DNA of 64,000 nucleotides from Lingula anatina. Lineage: Eukaryota; Animalia; Brachiopoda. Shown piece after piece: positions 59,974 to 64,000 of the stretch. Where the stretch lies: NCBI GenBank assembly GCA_051362555.1, contig CM120646.1, forward strand, positions 17,298,001 through 17,362,000. The letters run 5' to 3'. Under the pieces are notes generated by a model. It was given only the letters and a program-made list of their open reading frames with translations, ran no database searches and was not told the DNA's origin. How positions within the stretch are numbered: position 1 is the first letter of the stretch; each line of letters opens with the position of its first letter. A program made the position numbers and the translations under genes.

Positions 59974-62900
59974 TCCTGCAGCAGATGTAACATCTGCTTT
60001 AAGGGAGTTGAGATATCTGCATTGACGTAGCTATACTTGCCTTTTAATTGGATGCAGATTTTTATCTTCTCCTCTTTTAATTTTGAATATTTTTCTTTAT
60101 TTCAGGCAATTGAACCAGTGCAAGTGACATACACAGGGGCCCTATGTTCTGTTCTAGCCTGGGTTTTAGGATGGGCCACCTTATACTTTGTCCTATGTGC
60201 CCTGAATTCCAGCCACAAAAATGAATGGAACTGTAGAATTGTCAGTGCTGTTCATGCCATAACTGTGTGCTGTTTGGCATTTTGGGCTGTTTTTGTGCAG
60301 GGGCCATGGGTATTTACATTACCAGGTAACTTTTTTTTTAGAGGGTGTACTGGTTGTATAGTGCCGTTGACAGGCCTTTCCCCTGCAAGCTCTTAGGTCT
60401 TAGAGCCTTTTGTGTCATAGCTGTAGCTGATATATCTCCAAACACTCAACTTGATACAAAACTTTTGAAAATAATTTTTAAACACTCCGATACCATCCAA
60501 AATATCTGTTTACCAGTATGAATGGGAATCTTGCATTATTTCACTTTTTAAATGATAGTCATTAAACAACATGGCACTTGTTTTCTGTTTTAATACAATT
60601 TTAATAATATTTTTTATTTAAATTAATTCTGTTCATTTAAATTTGTACATGGCACTGATAAAAAGTGTTAATGTGCTTTATAAGAATAGATTTTAAATAA
60701 CTGATTTTTGTGGTTTATGAATTTTAAGTAAAAAAGACAAATGGGTATCAAATTTGAGATTTTATGAAACTTATACTGGTAATTTTTCTTAAACTCCTAA
60801 GTTTTTTTGTTGGTGTTACATTAATTATCGTATGAGTCTTGCATAGACAGACATGTGTATGTGTGACTGACATAAAGAGATCTGGAGCAAATTTAAGTGA
60901 AAGGAAAATACAAAGATTTAAGATAAATAGAGGTATAGCAAAGTTGCTTGTCCATTTATAGATGATTATGCAATTTGGCGATGTTTCAAGTATATACTGC
61001 AAGGACATTTTTGGGAGTTGTATACCTTTGGACCAGGTAGAGTATGCACATTGAATATTTTGAACAAAAATGTTTTTTTACAGAAAAAAGATGGTTAAAA
61101 ACAAAATTTTAAAAAAGGATGAAAAAATATTCTTTTTGTTTGTCATAACAGTGTGGTGTAAAAGGGTTTTCACTTTTGGTTGAAGTGTCGATTTTTCTTT
61201 TAGTTTATTTATTTGCATGTGCACCTGCTTTTAGAGTAGAAATATAGAATGACTCAAGCTTATGAGAGATAACTGCTTTTATATGAGACTTAATACTTTG
61301 AACACACACATATATATGAGATACACCAAATATGTACACCTATGCACACGTAAAGTACACATGCATGTTGGGAACAGCTAGTGAGGTATTTTTATGGTTC
61401 ATCTAACATGAAATTTAGCAATAACTAGAGGTTATGAAAATGATATAAATTGCAGAAAGGATAACTTAACAATTAAAATATGTGTGTCATCAACTTTGTG
61501 AACTGACTTGCTTGATTTTCCAGTTGATTAACAGACTGAAGTGAGCTTATTTGTAATTGTAATATTAATATGTATCACCTGACTTTATTTTAATGGTGTA
61601 TTTCTCTCAGCTCTTTCTTTGCATATATTCTAATGGAATTTAAATTATTGAATGTTTTTGTCACTGCCAATTTGAGCTGTGCTAAAAAAAAAAACATCTA
61701 CTAGTAAAGAATAAATACGACTGATTTTTTATAGTCTTAAAGATAACCATGAACCAATTTTATGAGTGAATTCCATTATTTATTTATTTATTTATTTATT
61801 AACGCAATAAATACATGATCATTTGTAAAACCTGCAGTTTCATATTTTGATAAGGATTTTAGGGGAATTCTGCTGGTTTTATTAATTGAAAACAGTAATC
61901 TATGAAATAAGCAGCTGGAAAGTTTTCCTTTTAGCATGAGGTTTCATATTAGAAGTAAACAAACCTTGATTGGCTTATTCTTCTACTTCTTCTTCATTAT
62001 TAGGAGGGCGCAGTTCCCCTTTACAACAGTTTATAGCTGAGATGTCCCTAGGGTACTTCCTGTATGATTTCATGTGGTGCATATATTTTAAAACTGAAGG
62101 TAAGTTCTACATCAGAGCCTTGGGGTTTCTAAGGGCGCATTCCCATAGATTTTAGATCGATCTATCCCTGTGGGGAGTCTCACTATTGTCAGATAATCCG
62201 GCTTAAATGTCCGTCCCGCCTACTACAGGCTGTAAGGCGGTAATTAACTTTCGTGCCTGCTCGGCTGACAGCTATTTAGCGTGAACCCCCAGGGAGTTAG
62301 GTCGATCTAGTTGGATCGATCTAATCTTTGGGAATGGGGTCTAAGGGGTGGTAAGATTGCATTCAGAACAGCGGACAGATCTGTGGATCAAATATGGCGA
62401 CCCACTAAAAAGCTTGCCGCTTAATTCCTGATTAGATACTGATTAGATACTGAATAGATTCCCTGCTGGGATTACACAGCAAGCATTCAAGTGGGTTGGC
62501 TATATTTGATCTGAAAATCTGTTAGACCACTGTTCAGAATGCGCCTTAAGTCATAACTTTTTAGTGTTTAAATTGTAGAATTTCAACATCTTTGATGGAT
62601 GCAATCTGTGGAGTTGGAGTTTTTGCATCCATTCATTACTTATTATAACTTTTCCCTCATTGTTCAGGCAAATTGTCATAATTCAGTTACTGACTAGTGC
62701 TCAGTGACTTATTATAGCCATCTTTTTTATTATTATTATAGGTTTTGTAATGTTACTTCATCACTGTTTAAGCAGCATTGGTTTGGGAGTGACAGTGCTC
62801 CGTGGAATGTACGGTACAGAGATGGTGGCGACCCTCTTGGCAACCGAAGTGACCAATCCTTTTCTGCAGTTCCGCTGGTTTCTAAGACAGACAGGGCAGT

Positions 62901-63295
62901 ATGAAACCCTCCTCGGAGAAGTAAATGATATTTTATTCATGGCATTGTTTGGATTTGCCCGGATTGGAATGGGCACTTCTCTCCTTATTACTTACTACCA
63001 GCATCCAAACACAGACTTCTTGGGGAAGTTTGGCGGAACTTGTATTTATATCATAGGGTGGTTGTTCTGGATAAGTATTATGCGTTTTGCGCTAAAAAAA
63101 TACACTAAAATGTATCACCTGTGGAAAAAGGGGAAATTAAAACTGGATGAGGATCATTATAAAATCAAGAGTGAGGAAAATGGGAGTTTAGACACAGGGG
63201 ACATCATAGGGGATTTAGACATTGAAGAGATCAAGGAGGAGATTAAGGAAATTGCTGAAGAGATTAAAGAAGAGATTAAAGAGAAGATTCATTAA
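59141..63295 (+). CDS. TLCD5: TLC domain-containing protein 5 (TMEM136), ~291 aa; exons 59141-59146, 60106-60325, 62004-62099, 62742-63295
   Basis: Translation EWNCRIVSAVHA...QGPWVFTLPG-GRSSPLQQF...[29 protein letters not shown]...GTEMVATLLATEVTNPFLQFRWFLRQTG...RFALKKYTKMYHLW...KIH* closely matches TMEM136/TLCD5. Junctions are GT-AG with consistent phases; the 6-nt first coding exon (ATGTCG|GTAAGT) is inferred. Confidence 0.92.
59943..59970. repeat. (CA)n microsatellite
   Basis: Direct reading of the sequence. Confidence 0.9.
62133..62341. mobile_element. MITE with TAA TSD in a TLCD5 intron
   Basis: gggcgcattcccatagattttagatcgatc vs gatcgatctaatctttgggaatggggtc; TAA at 62130-62132 and 62342-62344. 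Confidence 0.75.
62355..62546. mobile_element. Tourist/PIF-like MITE, same family as 18544-18709
   Basis: gcattcagaacagcgg...caaatatggcgacccactaaaaagc vs agtgggttggctatatttgatc...ccactgttcagaatgc; TAA at 62352-62354 and 62547-62549. Confidence 0.78.
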
Positions 63296-64000
63296 TGGTA
63301 TATTATGCAAAACATGCTTCCACCATTTTATCAGAAAATTGACATTAACTCATTTTTTCTATGTATTTGTAAAAGTTTTCATTACTAGTCAGTAATATAT
63401 ATGTGTCATTTACAGAATGCTATTGATTTTTTTCCATAGAAATCATGTTGAATTAATTTGATATTTTTCTGTATATGTCTGCTTTTATCAGTTTTGTTTT
63501 CATACAACTAATCAGTAAATATATTTAATGCGGCACTCTGATAATGCAGGATTTTGCAACTTGTGGCTCTTTCATCACACCTTTAATTGTATCTCCCATT
63601 TTTTTTCACACAGCGAATCACTGTAGCAGCAAATAAGAAATCTCCCTCTATCAAACGTTTCAGAAAATGGCAGATATATTTTTATGTGTACTAAATTGTA
63701 TTTAATCTAAAAAAAATGTACTTTGCAGATAATGTTTCTCTTCAATCTTGAAGTATATTCCAGATAAATTTAAGTTGGATAGAGAATTGCGTGGAATATT
63801 TTGTGATGAGGAATATATTTTATCTTTTATTCTTATAGCGAACAAAGTTGTCAAACAACAGATATAGTACAAGTTTTGATTACGCGTTTCATGGTGCCAT
63901 CATGTCCGCTCAAGTAATTAGTTGTAAAATCAACTGACACCACTTTTTAATTTTTGTGATAAATAACTGATTTTATAATCTAGTCTCAGAACTCGAGCTC

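Overview
AT-rich, intron-containing animal genomic DNA, probably from an invertebrate such as a mollusc or other lophotrochozoan (inferred from the repeat types and gene structures, not proven). Five spliced protein-coding genes can be rebuilt by hand with GT-AG junctions and consistent phases. (1) The last four exons of ORC2 (+, 1-2297). (2) An 8-exon, ~667-aa transcription factor (-, 6368-30319) with a degenerate PR/SET-like N-terminus split by a ~19.8-kb intron, six C2H2 fingers, a C4 motif and an eh1 motif. (3) A USF3/KIAA2018-like bHLH gene (+, 42004-50498, ~2217 aa, 6.27-kb last exon). (4) An RIIa/Sp17-type docking-domain protein with a long acidic repeat tail (-, 53793-58322, ~899 aa). 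(5) TLCD5/TMEM136 (+, 59141-63295, ~291 aa), head-to-head with gene 4. Non-coding DNA holds a 5'-truncated LINE interrupted by an almost fully palindromic MITE, several TAA-flanked MITEs, a hAT-like MITE with a 6-bp TSD, a Helentron-type (HINE-like) element with an internal duplication, and a poly(A)-tailed retroposon carrying a sarcin-ricin-loop-like hairpin. The best leads are that retroposon and a candidate internal TATA promoter/ATG-ending exon that would make a PR-truncated isoform of gene 2. All calls come from reading the sequence; no searches were run.
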